From positions 1-64,000 of the forward strand of contig JAVECO010000026.1 of NCBI GenBank assembly GCA_051942205.1: a stretch of DNA of 64,000 nucleotides, written 5' to 3'. Position 1 is the first letter of the stretch. Every line of letters begins with the position of its first letter. A program made the position numbers and the translations under genes. Source of the DNA: Coniocarpon cinnabarinum. Taxonomy: Eukaryota. Positions 47,460 through 60,949 of this stretch are shown here, one piece after another. The notes beneath the pieces were generated by a model. That model saw nothing but the letters and a program-made list of their open reading frames with translations. It did no database searches and had not been told where the DNA came from.

Positions 47460-49376
47460 TCATTTTTCGCCCCATTTGCCATGCTCGTGCTGCCAGTGCA
47501 CAATCTCTCGTGTCAAGATGTCCATCATTTGCAGACTGCTCATCTTCTTGAACTCGTCAGCCTCGATGCCGACCTCGTTTGTCTGAGTTGAGGAAGCTGC
47601 ATCTTTGGGAAAAGCTTCGGCGCCCTCGGGCATCTCGTTGCTGAGCTTGCTGTTGCCACTGACGGTTGCGGTCTTGCCATTGACTGTGCGCGAGCTGCCT
47701 TTGGATGGAGTCTGAGACCCGGAAGGTGTCTGCTCGCCTGCCATTTCAACCTGTGTCCGGGATATGTACTCCAAGATTCCGGCTGCTCGTTTGCGGAGCT
47801 CGTTCATGCTCGTGCGATTGGGGTTCATATGCCTTGGTCGAGCCGGTTTGCTTCCGTTGGGCAGAAATTGTATGCTGTCGCCTCCTCTAGCAGTATCTTC
47901 GCCATCTCGAGAGTGCAACGCTCTTGCTTCTTCGGCACGAGCGTCCGCCGCTGCGTCCCTCTCTCTGGTGTACTGATTGCGCCCGACTTTGCCGCGCCGC
48001 ATCGTGCGAGCGCCCTTCTTGTGCGAAGTTGTGGAAGGCCTTTGCGGTGAGCCGTTTTGCGGTCTTGAACTCGTTTGTGTCTTTTGAGACTTGGTCTGAG
48101 CACCTGCAGAAGGTTTCGAGATTGCCAGTGGTTTGCTTGGCTCGACAGGAATTGAATCTGTCCCATTTTAGCTGAATCCAGCTATCGGACAAGTAGTGGC
48201 ACATACCATCTGCGTTTCGTCGATCCGCTCTGCCCCTTCGCCTACTCGCGGCTGCTTGTCGCTCTTGCTCTCGTTCGTGTTCCCGCCGCCTGCTTTCCAG
48301 TTCCTGCTCTTGCTGACCTTTTCCAGGTCGACTCTTACCAGCGTGATTCTTGCTTTGAAGGCGGGAGGGTTCCATGTCAGAATCGGGATCGCCGTCAAGG
48401 GCACCGGATGGAGGAGGCGAATCAGAGCCAGTTTTGCGGCGCTTGAGATCGTGATCACTCCTAGAATGCAAGTCAGCCTGGACTGGTGGCGCAATGTGGG
48501 GTGTGTGTCTCACTCGTCGCTTTCTTCACGGGCTCTTTTGCTCTTTCTCTGACCTGAAGTAGAGCTTTCCGCTCCTCCAGCCCCCCTGCTTTCTTCGAGA
48601 GCTCGCCGGAGCATTTCGTCTTCCTCATAAGCTGCACGACTATTCATTGTCGCCCGCCGTTTACCGTTGGCGTGTAGAATAGCTTGTTTGATGGCGGCCT
48701 CCTTGGATGAACGGGGATTGGAGTCTTTGACGGACGGTCGCTTTCTGGGAGGGCTGTGGGCACGGGCTTCAACGACAGGTAGATAACGCGAGTATTTCTG
48801 TCTGAGGAGGGAGGGGTTAGCGAGTCACCTCATGAGCCGGTAATGAGGCACCTACGCTCGGCTGCCATTGAAAACTTTGTGCAAGTTTGGTCGGCATTGT
48901 TCGCAGAAGTAGTTGTCTGGTACTTCATTATCGTTCATGATGCCAACGCAGCCACCGTGTTGCCAGACATGGCAGCTGTCACAAAGTATGAAGAGACTCC
49001 CGACATCCGGATCGTTGATTCCTAGGGCAGCAGGTGGCCCTGGGTATTCCGCTTTGCCACATAAACATCTGGTGACCTCTTCTTCGCCCTCTTCATCTTC
49101 TATGGCGTCATCCGACGGATTCACTTTTTGGTCCTGGGGTGCATGTTGTTCACGCCGCGAGCGGCGTGTCTGGCGGACCCCACCCTCAGAAGGGTCAGGC
49201 TCTTCGGAGTTGTCTGAAGGCGTCGCGTCGCCTGGATTCCTGTTGCTGTTAGGCTTCGTGGATCGGTCGCCACGAGAAGAGGACGTCGAGGAGGACGAAG
49301 TTTTGTGGGTAAGCTGATTAGGAGGCGGCTGGACAGCGCGCGCCCGCGAGCTACGCCGAGGTGACACTTCTGGCAT
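47460..49376 (-). CDS. cti6: PHD-finger protein, Cti6-like subunit of the Rpd3L histone deacetylase complex (multi-exon)
   Basis: SPRRSSRAR start. PHD finger VTRCLCG...CDSCHVWQHGGC...YFCEQC. RATMNSR, GRNQYT and TSMNELRKRAAGILEYISRTQVEMA. Confidence 0.88.
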
Positions 49377-49970
49377 TCGACAACAAGAAGCTCGCTGACA
49401 TGCGACAAGGAGGATTTGTGGGCTCAACAATGATTTGTGGTCTGCAGCCGGTCGTGTAGGACAGATGTGCGTGCAGAATTGAAGCCAACTGAGCGTCTCA
49501 ACGAAGCTCGGGCAGTCAATGGAGCAAGCAAGCCCAGGCCTGAGGTGGCTTTGCTCGAAGACAATGAGGAAGCGCTTAGCAGCAAAGTCGCACAGTCGTC
49601 GTTAGCTGTCCACAGCATGGAAAAGCTCATAAACAAATGCGGAAGAGGAGAGGAACGTGTGTGGGCGTGGATCAGAGAGCCCTCCAGCGAGTGTGCTGCC
49701 AGTGACGAATAGGGTCTTCTACGCTAGCACCTTTTTGGACAGATCTGAGCCCGCCGACAGTGGTGCTCGCAACATCAACTCGTTGCGCAGCCATGTTGAG
49801 GGCTGTCGCTGTCGTTGCTGAGCGGAGGAGCGAAGCGCAATGTTTTCCGACAGTCGAGCAAAACAATTGTTGAATGAGTGCAATCAATGGCTGTGTTGAT
49901 GACGCTTCAAATTGTATGGAAGGGACTGTGCCTTCTTGCTGACAGCCAAGCAAAAAATAGCATCAGTTAA

Positions 49971-49987
49971 TAGGGTTATTAACCCTA
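49971..49987. promoter_or_regulatory. Palindromic telobox pair TAGGGTTA-T-TAACCCTA in the cti6/mccB bidirectional promoter
   Basis: Perfect 8-bp inverted arms made of telomere-type TTAGGG sequence. Confidence 0.5.
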
Positions 49988-50235
49988 ATGAGCTTGACCT
50001 GACGACAACACGTCTTGATGCACGGCATTGAGTGGGCAGATAAAGGTCTGGGAAGACTGCACAAATGTGTAATCTGCCATGAAGCGAATGGAAGACCAAT
50101 GTACATTGCGCCCAAATCCACTACCAAGTGCGACAAAAGCCAGACGACACTGTTTGCATGTTGTGAGGAAGAAGGTCTGGTGTCCTTGAGATAGCCTCTA
50201 GAAAGATTGTGTGGTGGCTCGTAGGTCAAAACACC

Positions 50236-52017
50236 ATGGCAAAGGCGAGGATCCCATCCAACGCAGTGCTTCAAGCGATGCGGCGAGCCGCATACGGGTT
50301 CTACCCAAGTATTGACCACGCTCTTCACCGATCATGTCTTGCACCACTCTCTTTCGCCGGCCCAGGGACGAGTGCAATACGAAAACCCCTACTCCATGCG
50401 CGTGCCATCGCATCTCATGTGCAACCTCATCAGGAGGCGGCCTTGTCGGTTCTCAATAGCACTGTTGACACTAGCTCTTCAACATTCAAGGATAATGCGA
50501 CCCAGCACGGATCGCTAATTGCTGATCTTAACGAGCTGCAGTCTCGGGTCTCTCTGGGTGGCTCCTCGAAGGCGCGGGAGAAGCACACGCAACGCAACAG
50601 GATGTTGCCGCGAGACAGGGTCACTGCACTCATTGACGTAGGCGCGCCTTTTCTCGAGTTGTCACCATTTGCAGGCTATAATGTCTATCAGGGAGAGGAC
50701 GTTCCTAGCGGCGGCATCATCACTGGCATTGGCACCATTCATGGCAAACAATGCATGATTGTTGCGAACGATTCGACGGTCAAGGGTGGGACATACTACC
50801 CAATTACTGTGAAAAAGCATCTCCGAGCTCAAGCCATCGCGCATGAAAACCGTCTACCCTGTATCTACCTCGTTGACTCTGGCGGCGCCAATCTTCCCCA
50901 TCAAGCTGAGGTCTTTCCGGACCGTGATCACTTTGGTCGTATCTTCTATAACCAAGCGCGCATGTCTGCTGACGGCATTCCTCAGCTGTCCGTTGTCATG
51001 GGACCTTGTACAGCGGGCGGCGCCTACGTTCCTGCAATGTCCGACGAGTCAATTATTGTCCAAGAGCAGGGTCACGTCTTTCTTGCCGGCCCACCGCTCG
51101 TCAAAGCCGCCACCGGCGAGGATGTGACTGCTGAAGAATTAGGTGGTGGACACCTTCACTCCCACGAGTCTGGGGTGACGGACTATCTCGCGGTATCCGA
51201 TGCTCATGCCCTAGCTCTCGCCCGCCGCTGTGTCAGCAATCTCAACTACCCGTCCCATTCTTCATCATTCATTCAAGACTTCTCCGAACCTCTCTTTGAT
51301 CCATCTGAGCTGCCTGGCATCGCAGGCCCTAATCTTCGGCAGTCCATATCCGCCCATGAAATCATTGCTCGCATTGTAGATGGCTCCAAATTTGCTGCTT
51401 TCAAACCACTATATGGGTCCACACTCGTGACCGGATTCGCAAACATACATGGTTATCCCGTCGGCGTCATTGCTAATGATGGCATTCTTTTCTCCGAATC
51501 CGCGAAAAAGGGCGCCCATTTCGTACAGCTATGCTGCGCCCGACGAATCCCACTAATCTTCTTGCAGAATATCTCCGGCTTCATGGTCGGCAAAGATGCT
51601 GAGAAAGGTGGCATCGCCAAAGACGGCGCGAAACTTGTGAATGCCGTGGCGTGCGCAGATGTTCCCAAATTCACAGTTGTTGTTGGCAGCTCTGCTGGTG
51701 CCGGCAATTACGGTATGTGTGGGCGTGCATACTCGCCCAGATTCTTATGGACGTGGCCGAACGCGCGGACGAGTGTGATGGGGCCAGAGCAGCTGAGCGC
51801 AGTGATGGAAGCTGTAGGACGGAAGGCAGATCCGGAGCTGAAGGCGCGAATCGAGCATGAAAGCGAAGCGCTGTTTGGAAGTGCGAGATTGTGGGATGAT
51901 GGAATTATCCACCCAGCACAGACGAGAAGTTACTTAGCTATGGGGCTCAAGGTGGCTTGGGCAGAGGGCAAGTGGAGGGAGACGAACGGCACGAATTTTG
52001 GGGTGTTCAGAATGTGA
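50236..52017 (+). CDS. mccB: 3-methylcrotonyl-CoA carboxylase beta (carboxyltransferase) subunit
   Basis: [51 protein letters not shown] and terminal FGVFRM. Mitochondrial-type presequence. Confidence 0.96.
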   Translation: MAKARIPSNAVLQAMRRAAYGFYPSIDHALHRSCLAPLSFAGPGTSAIRKPLLHARAIASHVQPHQEAALSVLNSTVDTSSSTFKDNATQHGSLIADLNELQSRVSLGGSSKAREKHTQRNRMLPRDRVTALIDVGAPFLELSPFAGYNVYQGEDVPSGGIITGIGTIHGKQCMIVANDSTVKGGTYYPITVKKHLRAQAIAHENRLPCIYLVDSGGANLPHQAEVFPDRDHFGRIFYNQARMSADGIPQLSVVMGPCTAGGAYVPAMSDESIIVQEQGHVFLAGPPLVKAATGEDVTAEELGGGHLHSHESGVTDYLAVSDAHALALARRCVSNLNYPSHSSSFIQDFSEPLFDPSELPGIAGPNLRQSISAHEIIARIVDGSKFAAFKPLYGSTLVTGFANIHGYPVGVIANDGILFSESAKKGAHFVQLCCARRIPLIFLQNISGFMVGKDAEKGGIAKDGAKLVNAVACADVPKFTVVVGSSAGAGNYGMCGRAYSPRFLWTWPNARTSVMGPEQLSAVMEAVGRKADPELKARIEHESEALFGSARLWDDGIIHPAQTRSYLAMGLKVAWAEGKWRETNGTNFGVFRM

Positions 52018-52254
52018 AAATGCGTGGGCAGATGTTTTATGTTTGTTGTACAGGACTCGGCATGTACTGATTATGTGGTGGGAGGCTCGCCGCCTTACGA
52101 AGCAGGAGCTGATTCATCAGAAAACGCATCAAGTCACTTGGCTAGCGTGACTTGAGGTGCTTGCCTCGATCATCACCATGCGTGAGAAGAATCTGCTGGT
52201 TCGTGCGAGCATCAAAATGCGTCCCAAGACCAATACTCATATGCAAGTTGGCCC

Positions 52255-53683
52255 TCATTTCCTCGAACTTCTCGTCATTCTTCCCTTTGCCACCGTCGCA
52301 GCCTTGGCAGTTGGCACCGAAGAGGGTTCTTCCACGGGCTTTGAGCGTTTAGTCTGTGAAGACTCGGCGTCTACTGGCTCGCTAGCTTTGCGTTTCGTTC
52401 CCCCTCCTTGGGCAAGCCTCGAATCGTTTTCCTCTGCGGAGGACACCAGTGGAACAGTTCGCTCAGCTCGAGACTTCATACGCTTCAGGGGCCTGCTTCG
52501 AGGCCGAGCGTTTAGAGGTTTCTCATCGTTGCTGCCATCTCCTCCGAAGTCCATCAAGCCTGCTTTACGTTTCGACGGCTGAGCATGACGATCATCGTTT
52601 TCGCCATGCACGTCGCTCTTGCGTCTGTCATCATTGTCTCCCTTTGCCACTTCGTCTTCTTGATCTTCTCTTTGTTCGCCTTCATGATCAGCTGCATCCT
52701 CAGCTGCATCCTCGTCTTCGTTCTCGTCATCATGGAAGTCACGCTTTCGTCCCTGCGCAAGATCTTCCATGACCATGTCCAGTGCCGCCGGATCGATGCC
52801 CTACGTAAATGTGTCAATTGATATTGGCCAATGAATCTTGAAAAGTAGTCAAACACATACCTTAGCCTCCAGCAATTTCAAAAGCTCCTCTTTGTGTCCG
52901 TCGGTCAGCATGGAAGCGATATCTCCCATCCCTTCTAAATCTAGGCCTTCGCCACCGCTTCCCGCACCTTCCTCCTCCTCCTCCTCCTCCTCCTCTCCCT
53001 CGACCATTTCGAAAGCAAGATCGTTTTGCACAAGGATCGGTCTGCGAGGAATTGACTTCTTGGGCGTGGCATTGCCTGCTTGGACCTCATGTGTGACTGG
53101 TCTCAAGGAAAGGCCTTGATGGTTTTGAAACCTTGTACGCCAATCTCTAAACAGACTGACAGTTGCAAGGCCCTCGGTCCGAGTGGTTTCAACGTAGAAG
53201 CTTGGATCGCAGCTCCGGTCACTCTGCGTAACGTAGACTACACATGGCGTGCGAGGAAATGTACGGAAGTTGGACGTCGAACCAAAAGAAGACCGGCGTG
53301 TCCTCTGTCTTTTGTTGGATCCGGCGTGATGGGCAGCGACTTGTCTGCGCTCTTCAAGCTTCCTCTTGCCCTTCTTTCTCACTTCCACGTCAGCTCGGTC
53401 ATCGTAATAGCCATCTGAAAGATAATCGAGATCGATGAAATATTCATAAGGATCAACATCTTCGTCCGGAATGTACTCGGGTATTGTGGGAGATGGACAA
53501 GTTTGTTCAGCGAGTTCATCCTGCAAGAAAGACCAATCTTAGCCTCAAGTCATCTCAACAGCTGTGTTCATTGCAAGTCTCAAAACGCACAGCTTCGTCC
53601 CATGCATCTTCTACGTAAAGCCAGTCGCCGTCGGCGTCGTCATAAAGACCGTCAAAATCATCATCACCGCCATAATCGGACAT
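52255..53683 (-). CDS. Acidic/basic hypothetical protein, probably nuclear (2 introns)
   Basis: Exon 1 MSDYGGDDDF...WLYVEDAWDEA splices to DELAEQTCPSP. Basic NLS-like clusters and a poly-Glu tract encoded by a GAG repeat. Confidence 0.8.
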
Positions 53684-54876
53684 GTTGGTGATTCAGATCC
53701 AGGACCGCACCACGTCATGGAGGTTACAATTTCGACAAGAGATGAAAAGGCCTTCGTGTTCGCATCAGCAAGGACTGGATTTTACGTCGCCATCGAGGGA
53801 CTACGCGAGAAGGTATCATCAGCACCTCGTCCTTAACTCCGGAAACCCGACAAAACTGAGCGCCTCAATAATGAGGCATTAATAGAGACCACCCTTGCGG
53901 CTTGCCGCTACCGAGCACTGCACAATACACATGCGCTCACGGGTCATAAGCAATATCGGTAAATCGTATCTGCAGTCAAGGCAACAGCATCCCAGATTTT
54001 TGCCAATGAGATCAATCCGTAGGCCTTGCCTCCCGATCAAGCACACTCCCGGAGATGCGAAGCGACACAGCGTAGACACCCCGGTCTCAGCCCTGCAAGT
54101 TACTGCCCGAGGACAGATGTGATTGGGTGGTCGAGACATACCTACCTACGCAGAAAGCTGCGACAGGCTTTCGCGCACCCCTTCAACAATGTGCCAGCAG
54201 TCGCCAGCTTCATCCTGCCAAATTTGAGATCACAGCCGTTAGCGTTACAATTGATTGACCAAACCATCTCTTCTCGGGCAATCAAGCATCGCCGCGACTG
54301 TAGAGCGTTCGCAGCAATGCAAAATGGCTGTTCGGGATTCACTTGACTCCCGCACCGATCCTCCATAGCATGTCGACGATCATCGTCAGCTGTGCACAGG
54401 ATATACAAAGGGACTTTGGAGTACAACTTGCGCACACAAGTGAAACACCATATCAGATCTTCCACGGCACGGCGCGTGGCGACTCTGACCCAGTCTTTCC
54501 GTCATGGCAAGTAACCGACACGACTCGTTGTCGATGCATTGCTATTGACGGGCGTCACGGCGCTCTTTGATTAAGCAAATTACCGAAAGCTTGTCCAGAG
54601 CCCGTTGGCTTAAAGACCACTGCAGTGTCCGTGTGGGCATCCATGTCCCCTGCTACCGAGCTTGGCGGAGCAGTCAGGCAAATTTTCTCAAAGCGTCATT
54701 TGCGTGTACCGTATCTGACTGTCAGCTGAGAGGTACCTCTTGACAAGGCCTTAGTCAATTTACTCAGCCGTCTTTGCTTTTCTTGTCAAGGCCCGGTGGC
54801 GTCATCACCAATGTTGGCTCCGCTGCGCAATCCGGCAACCTGATGTCGTGGTCGTCCAGACTGATTCAACCGGACG

Positions 54877-56442
54877 ATGGCCATGTCCCCATCGTCGCCG
54901 TCTAGTACTGTGGCATCAGGGTCCGCACCGTCGGCCCCCTCTGAAGCAACACCCGGCTTTCAACGCCCCAGAAATCATACCGATGTATTCGTTGTTACCT
55001 CGTCGATTTTCATTGCCCTCGCGCTCATTGTGTGTTTCCTACGGCTCCACATCAAAGTCTGCATCTCCAGAAGGTTCGGCTGGGAAGATGGTGAGGCTCT
55101 GATGTCCATTTCCACCGAGAAATGTATGCCGATATGAACAAGATCTGACTCGCCTCGATACAGCATTCCTTATACTGGCCATGGTAGACCCGCAGAAGTC
55201 CTTGCGCCATTCTTCTCGCACTTACTCAGACATCTAGATTGGAGACGCAGTTCACTACGTCAGCAATGTCATTGGTGAAGACAAACTGAGCGTGACCCAT
55301 CTCAATGTATGCACTGACACTTAAGCAGCATGTGAGAAGGGCGGTCTGGGCAATCATATGTGGGACGAGAGTAGAAGCGGATCAAGCAACCATACAGACA
55401 TTATCGTAAGTGCTTTGAAGATCCTCCGCCCTTTATGTTCATGCCGACAGGTGCATCACCCAGACCAACTACATCTTTATGATATGCAGTCTCCCAGCCC
55501 TGGCCTTCATCAAGCTGGCTATTTTTGTCATGTACTATAAGCTCTTCTGGCCTATGAAGTGGTTAAGAATTTCCGTGTGGATCGGCGCGACTTTTACGTG
55601 CTGCACGTACGCCGCCCTGACGATATGTTTATGCGTACTGGAGTTCCCTCGCCCTGGACATTCTTGGCTGGCATTGAAGCTGGATCCTGGCATTTTTTTG
55701 GCCATAAGGGTGGGGATCCCTTGGTCGCTGCTAGATATAGCCGCCGATACGTTTCTGCTTCTCTTACCTCTCCCGGCCGTCGCGAAACTGCGTTTGCCGA
55801 GAGCTCGTAAGGTTTGTGTCCTTCTGGTATTCATGACTGGCATACTGTAAGGGACGGAGTCCAAACGCATGATGACGAGTAGATCGCACTGACTCTATCT
55901 AGATCTTGGACTGCTTCTGTCGTTGGAGCTTACTACAGGGCAAAGATGAACATCACTCAGGACGTCACGTGGTATTTAGTGGACACGAATGTCATGACGT
56001 GGGTCTATGCTTCCACCATAAGAGATGGGAAATCCTTCTCTACTGACAGTCTTCGCCTAGGCAAATCGAGATCGCTGGCGGAGTTATATGTGCAAGCGCG
56101 CCGGACTTAGCAAAAGCCTGGAGACATTACCTCCCCATCATCAGAAGATACGCGTCAAAGGCGGGGCTACGGCGTCGCTCTTCTCGGCTCCATCTCCCTG
56201 GAACGAGTTTATATGATCAGGACAAGGGAACTACAGAGTCAGATGCGAATCGGCGAGCGGACCTGCAAGCGTTTGCCCAGGAATTAGAGAAGGGTGCAGG
56301 GACGGGGAAGGAAGCTTATACGAAACACTCCAGACTGCCTCAATTGCCCAACCGAGCCCACCTGACGGAGATCCAATGCACACATTCTTTGGATGGCGAA
56401 GTTTATAAAAGCAGTGGTTGGAAGTGGCATACTGTAGCGTGA
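54877..56442 (+). CDS. PTH11-like (rhodopsin-domain) integral membrane protein without a CFEM domain (multi-exon)
   Basis: VCFLRLHIK...FGWED, GLGNHMWD, FIKLAIFVMYYKLF, DTFLLLLPLPAVAKLRLPRARK, and EIAGGVICASAP. Confidence 0.85.
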
Positions 56443-56541
56443 TACAAATTTGGTTATCTGCTGCAGGAATGTAAGATATGCTGACACAGATCACAAGCAG
56501 TGCGAAAAAGGCATAGTGTCTGCTCGAACCCAGCTCACCTT

Positions 56542-57564
56542 TCAAACGGTTTCGCCCTTGACCTTTTTCCTATGTTCCGCCGTTGCCGCATCTCTTTGTT
56601 CCTGCTGCTCTGCCTGACCATGTGTTTGTGGTACAGAAGGGCTGGTTTCCTGATGTGAGAATGGCGTCGTTTTCATGAAGTCAAAGTACGACGGCAGGTC
56701 GCTCAAGCCGTCGACCCTCACTTGCGAGCTCTGTCGCATACGCTGTACTGTTTCTGGGTCCGGATTTGGGCCCTCGTCCTCGAGTCTGAAGCTTTGCGGA
56801 GGCTTATCGATCTTGAAAGAACCCGATGGCCGATGCAACAGCTCGGTGATCTCCTGCTTCTTCGGCGGCGGCGGGACTTGCTTCTGCGCCTGTCGAATAG
56901 CGCTCGTGCTCTGACTCTTCTTCATGTGCGGGAGCGCAATCTTGGGAAAGGGCACGAGCAGCTTCTGCGACAGCGACGACCGCGGGGAGATTCGCACCGA
57001 ACGACGGGACTTCCTGCTCGAGGTGAAGGAACTCGCGGCCACCTGAGAGGAGCCGTGGAGACCGTTGAGTGGCTCACCCTCACGGCCCTTCTGGGCTTGA
57101 GACTGGCGCTGTTGACGCTGTTCGCTGCGTTCCTTCTTGGTGAGCTCGCGCTGGACACGGCGTTGGTAACCGGGCACGCTCTGGGGGCCAGTCACCTCGG
57201 TAGAGTACTCCGGCGTGGTGGAGTTGCGCACAGAGGCGGCCTCCTCGAGGTCTGGCGTGTGCGTCACCGTGCGGAGATTCTGCGCCTGCTGGTAGTAGCC
57301 GCGGCTGTGGAGGAACGATTGCATCTCGATCATGACGCGAGAGACGCCTTCGTCGTTGGCGGTCTGTCGTGCTTGTCGAATGTCGGTCACAGATGCATGA
57401 GGTCCGAGTTGGATGACTCGGATGATGGCTTTGGCTCTTGAGCATGAAAGGTATGCAAAAGCGGACAGCGCGATTGTCGAAGCTATAACACCTATGACTG
57501 CTCCAAACTGTTCGAAGTCGTCCATCATCTGGGAATGTTGGAATGGCATCGTTGGCGTGACCAT
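56542..57564 (-). CDS. Hypothetical protein with one N-terminal TM helix and a low-complexity basic tail
   Basis: 340-aa ORF with GC3-biased codons and hydrophobic segment FGAVIGVIASTIALSAFAYL. Confidence 0.65.
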   Translation of the reverse strand: MVTPTMPFQHSQMMDDFEQFGAVIGVIASTIALSAFAYLSCSRAKAIIRVIQLGPHASVTDIRQARQTANDEGVSRVMIEMQSFLHSRGYYQQAQNLRTVTHTPDLEEAASVRNSTTPEYSTEVTGPQSVPGYQRRVQRELTKKERSEQRQQRQSQAQKGREGEPLNGLHGSSQVAASSFTSSRKSRRSVRISPRSSLSQKLLVPFPKIALPHMKKSQSTSAIRQAQKQVPPPPKKQEITELLHRPSGSFKIDKPPQSFRLEDEGPNPDPETVQRMRQSSQVRVDGLSDLPSYFDFMKTTPFSHQETSPSVPQTHGQAEQQEQRDAATAEHRKKVKGETV

Positions 57565-59926
57565 GCAGCCTGCGCAAGGTCCGTGCCAATGTTTTGCAGT
57601 TGACAGAGCTGTTCAACGATATAGCCTCAGTTGTTATTAACCCTGTAAGAAACGAGCAACAGCAATCAGAAGTGTGCCTCTCTCGCCATGTGAAGACATG
57701 GTTATTATATATAAGAGCTACGTGTACACATTGCAAGTGACAACCGCTGAAAGCGTTTCAAGATGGTGCTTGCTCCTTCTACTAACTGGCAGAGCGAAAG
57801 ACTCTACTAAATTCGCTACATGTGAAGCTGGTTTCGGCAATCATGATATTCGCAAAATTACATCTAGCTTCATTCTGCCGCAACAATCAAAGACGTTTAT
57901 GCGAAAGTGGCGTGGTAGACGATCTACGTTGATTCAAACGCTTATTGAGCCTATGGATGATGCCCTGGCACGATATCTCGACGGAGACTCCGATCGAGCA
58001 GTGTGGTCTTGCCTCATGTGGCGTCATGGGGAGCTTGCGCTGTGCAAGACCTATGCATGGCGTCACCGCAGGCACATCAGGAGGGACTCGCTGGTACAGT
58101 GTCAGACTGCGCAAGCAGCAAGATTCCTAGACCAACCATGACGCCATGTATGACTGGGGTTGTAGTTACAGGGTATCCCAGCACAACTAGCTTGCTACGC
58201 AGATGAGGTTAGGGATTGCTACACATATTTGCCTCTTGTAGATACCGAATCCTTACATCTAGGGCTTGGTGAACATGATCGCCGACGTGGCCTTGTTCGA
58301 TATGATCTACGGCCCGTCATTATGCATGCTGCAGGGAGAGAAAGGGAAGTTATTCTGTCTGGGACATGGAGCAACGCTGGGCATGGGCCTGAGGAACGCC
58401 AGTCCCGCAATCTGGTTGCCTTAAGAGATCACATTCTCACGACGAGTTTGTAATGTGCTTATTAGCAGCGCCGGATTATTGAGTACTGAGCTCGATGTTG
58501 TGAACTCGACCAATCGAAGGGCTCTGGACTGCAGACGCGTGCTTCTTCGAGGAATCTGCTGATGGAAGAGGGAGACTATACGCCGCACCAACCCTATGGA
58601 CCATTTTTGGCCTAGTCCAAATTGGATGAGGCAGAATTTTGTCGTTGTTTGCATTTGGCTGTTATGTTCACAGCATCGTGTCGATGGTCCGATCAAAGAG
58701 AGGGTCCCGTCATTTCTCGGAGATTTTGACAGCACGCATTTGTAGCAACCCCAATCAGCCTCGATGATGCTTTAAAGCGCCTTGGATGCTTCCACTAAAT
58801 TGCACAAACAATTGGAGAAACTTTGGGTGGGATATTTGTGGCGTCCTTTGTTTGTTCAGCTAGCAGCTTGTACTTCTGCCGATTCTTCTACTCCTGTCTG
58901 CTTCAATCAAAGGAAAATAACTAAGTTTTGGAAATGGGTCTTGAGAAGCTTGCCTGTGCAACGAAGCATCCCTTGGATGCTGAATTGAGGTTTCTTGATA
59001 TGATATGGGCACAGATCAGGAAAGACCAATTCGAACCAGAACGATGGGGTGTTCCCAAAGAGCTCTGTGAGAAATACGAGAAGCGTGATAAAGCAGCTCT
59101 TGCCCAGACAAAGTCGCGAGTTCGTCCAAACCTTCCTGTCACTAAAAATTACTCCATCTAAGCATTAGATCATTCAGGATAAGGGTACGCTCGCGACCTT
59201 GAAAGCCTGCGGTGGCAGACGTGATGCGGGCTCCTAAATGGTATTCTGCAGTTCACGGTGATTATGACCGCCGTTATGTCCAGACGTATCTCTGTGTAAA
59301 ACAGTGGCGAGCTGATGTGAGCTATTGGCAGGTGGTCAAGGACATCAATCCGCGGCTTATCCTATGCCGACCCTGAGCCTTGTGCTGTGCACAACAGTAT
59401 ATGGCCAGAAGCTGAGCTGTGCGACCTGGCACTTACCCCTACAAGCTCCTTCGATGTGTAGCGAGGAAGCAAAGAAATGACTCTCAAGTTCTTAGCAAGG
59501 ATCAGTGAGTTGTCCACGCGTACAGTGAGCAGCTGAGGGATTTGTGGCAGCGCTTAGAGCACTGAGTGGCGTATCGTTTTCAGGGGCTGAGCACTGACTT
59601 CACAAAGGCCAATGCAACCTAACCAACTGAATACTTCTCTTCGATTCAACAGGCGAGCACTTATACGCAGTATCTCGGCACACCAGTCCGGTCTCCCGTG
59701 TTCTTGCTACGTCTCGAGATCGTGTGTGAGTCAGCTTAGCATGAAAAGCGCCGTCGTCCTTTGCTTGTCTCCGTTCTTTCAACAGTATCAAGATCGACCC
59801 ATTTGATCCAAGTTCTTCTAGTCAAGCTGCGTGGCAAATCGAGTTTTGGGGCCGGGTGAGCATTGCAAGGGAAGACACGCAGTCAGGCGGCTTGTCAGAA
59901 ATTCCGAGTCAGTCCTTATCAACGGC

Positions 59927-60949
59927 ATGCGCGCTGTGCTGCGCTCCTTGATCGCAACAACTTTCCTTGTTACCATTGTCTGCGTCTCCTTGATAGGCCT
60001 CCATCATGACGACTGGCATGATCACGTGGAGACTCTCAAAAAGCAAATGCCAGCGACCAATGGGATGATTCCTCCAGCATTGACAAAGTACATTCCACCT
60101 GCCTTTCAACCAAAGCCCGAGCCGCAGCCTCTGGAATATGGCTCACTGCCTTGGCTTGGAAAGGTGGAGCTGGACCCTATGCCGTATCCAACTGAGAGCG
60201 AAAAAGCCATTGTTATGGCCAAGCTGTCTAATGAGGACACAGATTGGGTGCAGCAAGAGCTACCTGAGTGCGTTGGCGCGGTCCTTTTCGGGTTGTAAGC
60301 GTGCTGACTTGAGTACAGCTGGAAGGCGTTCATATACACCGTCGACGACCAGAGCGCACCATTGCATACGGCGAAAAACAAAGGGCGCGAGGCTCTTGCT
60401 TATCTGACGTTCATCAATGAGTATTACGCCAAGCTTCCACGTACGATCGCGTTCGTACATAGTCACCAGGGCGGTTATCCTCAAGCTTGGCATGCCGACA
60501 ATCAAGACTTCAGCAACGTTGAGTCTCTGCAGGCGCTCCGAATTCCTTACGTGCAAGGTGAAGGTTACGTGAATTTGAGGTGTAATACGATGCCTGGGTG
60601 TCCGGCTCAGTTTAAGCTGGGAGATGGAGGTAGCATTACTGAGGAAGTAATGAAGCAAGCGTGGACGGAGATCTTTGGAGACACTGAACCTATGCCTCAT
60701 GCCATTGGCGCTGCTTGCTGCTCACAATTTGCCGTTTCGAAGGATCAAATCCGGGAAAGAAGCGAAGACGACTACAAGCGCATGCTCAAGTGGCTTTTGA
60801 AGACGAAACTGGACGATCACCAAGCCGGCCGTATCATGGAGTACATATGGCATATCATTTTCAAGAGGCCCACTGTATTTTGCCCGCCAGTCGAAGATTG
60901 TTACTGCAACGTGTATGGCGCCTGTGACTGGAACCCGCAACCACAATAA
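59927..60949 (+). CDS. DUF3431 family type II membrane protein (1 intron)
   Basis: AIVMAKLSNEDTDW, NKGREALAYLTFI, FVHSH, GYVNLRC, ACCSQFAVS and CYCNVYG. Confidence 0.88.
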
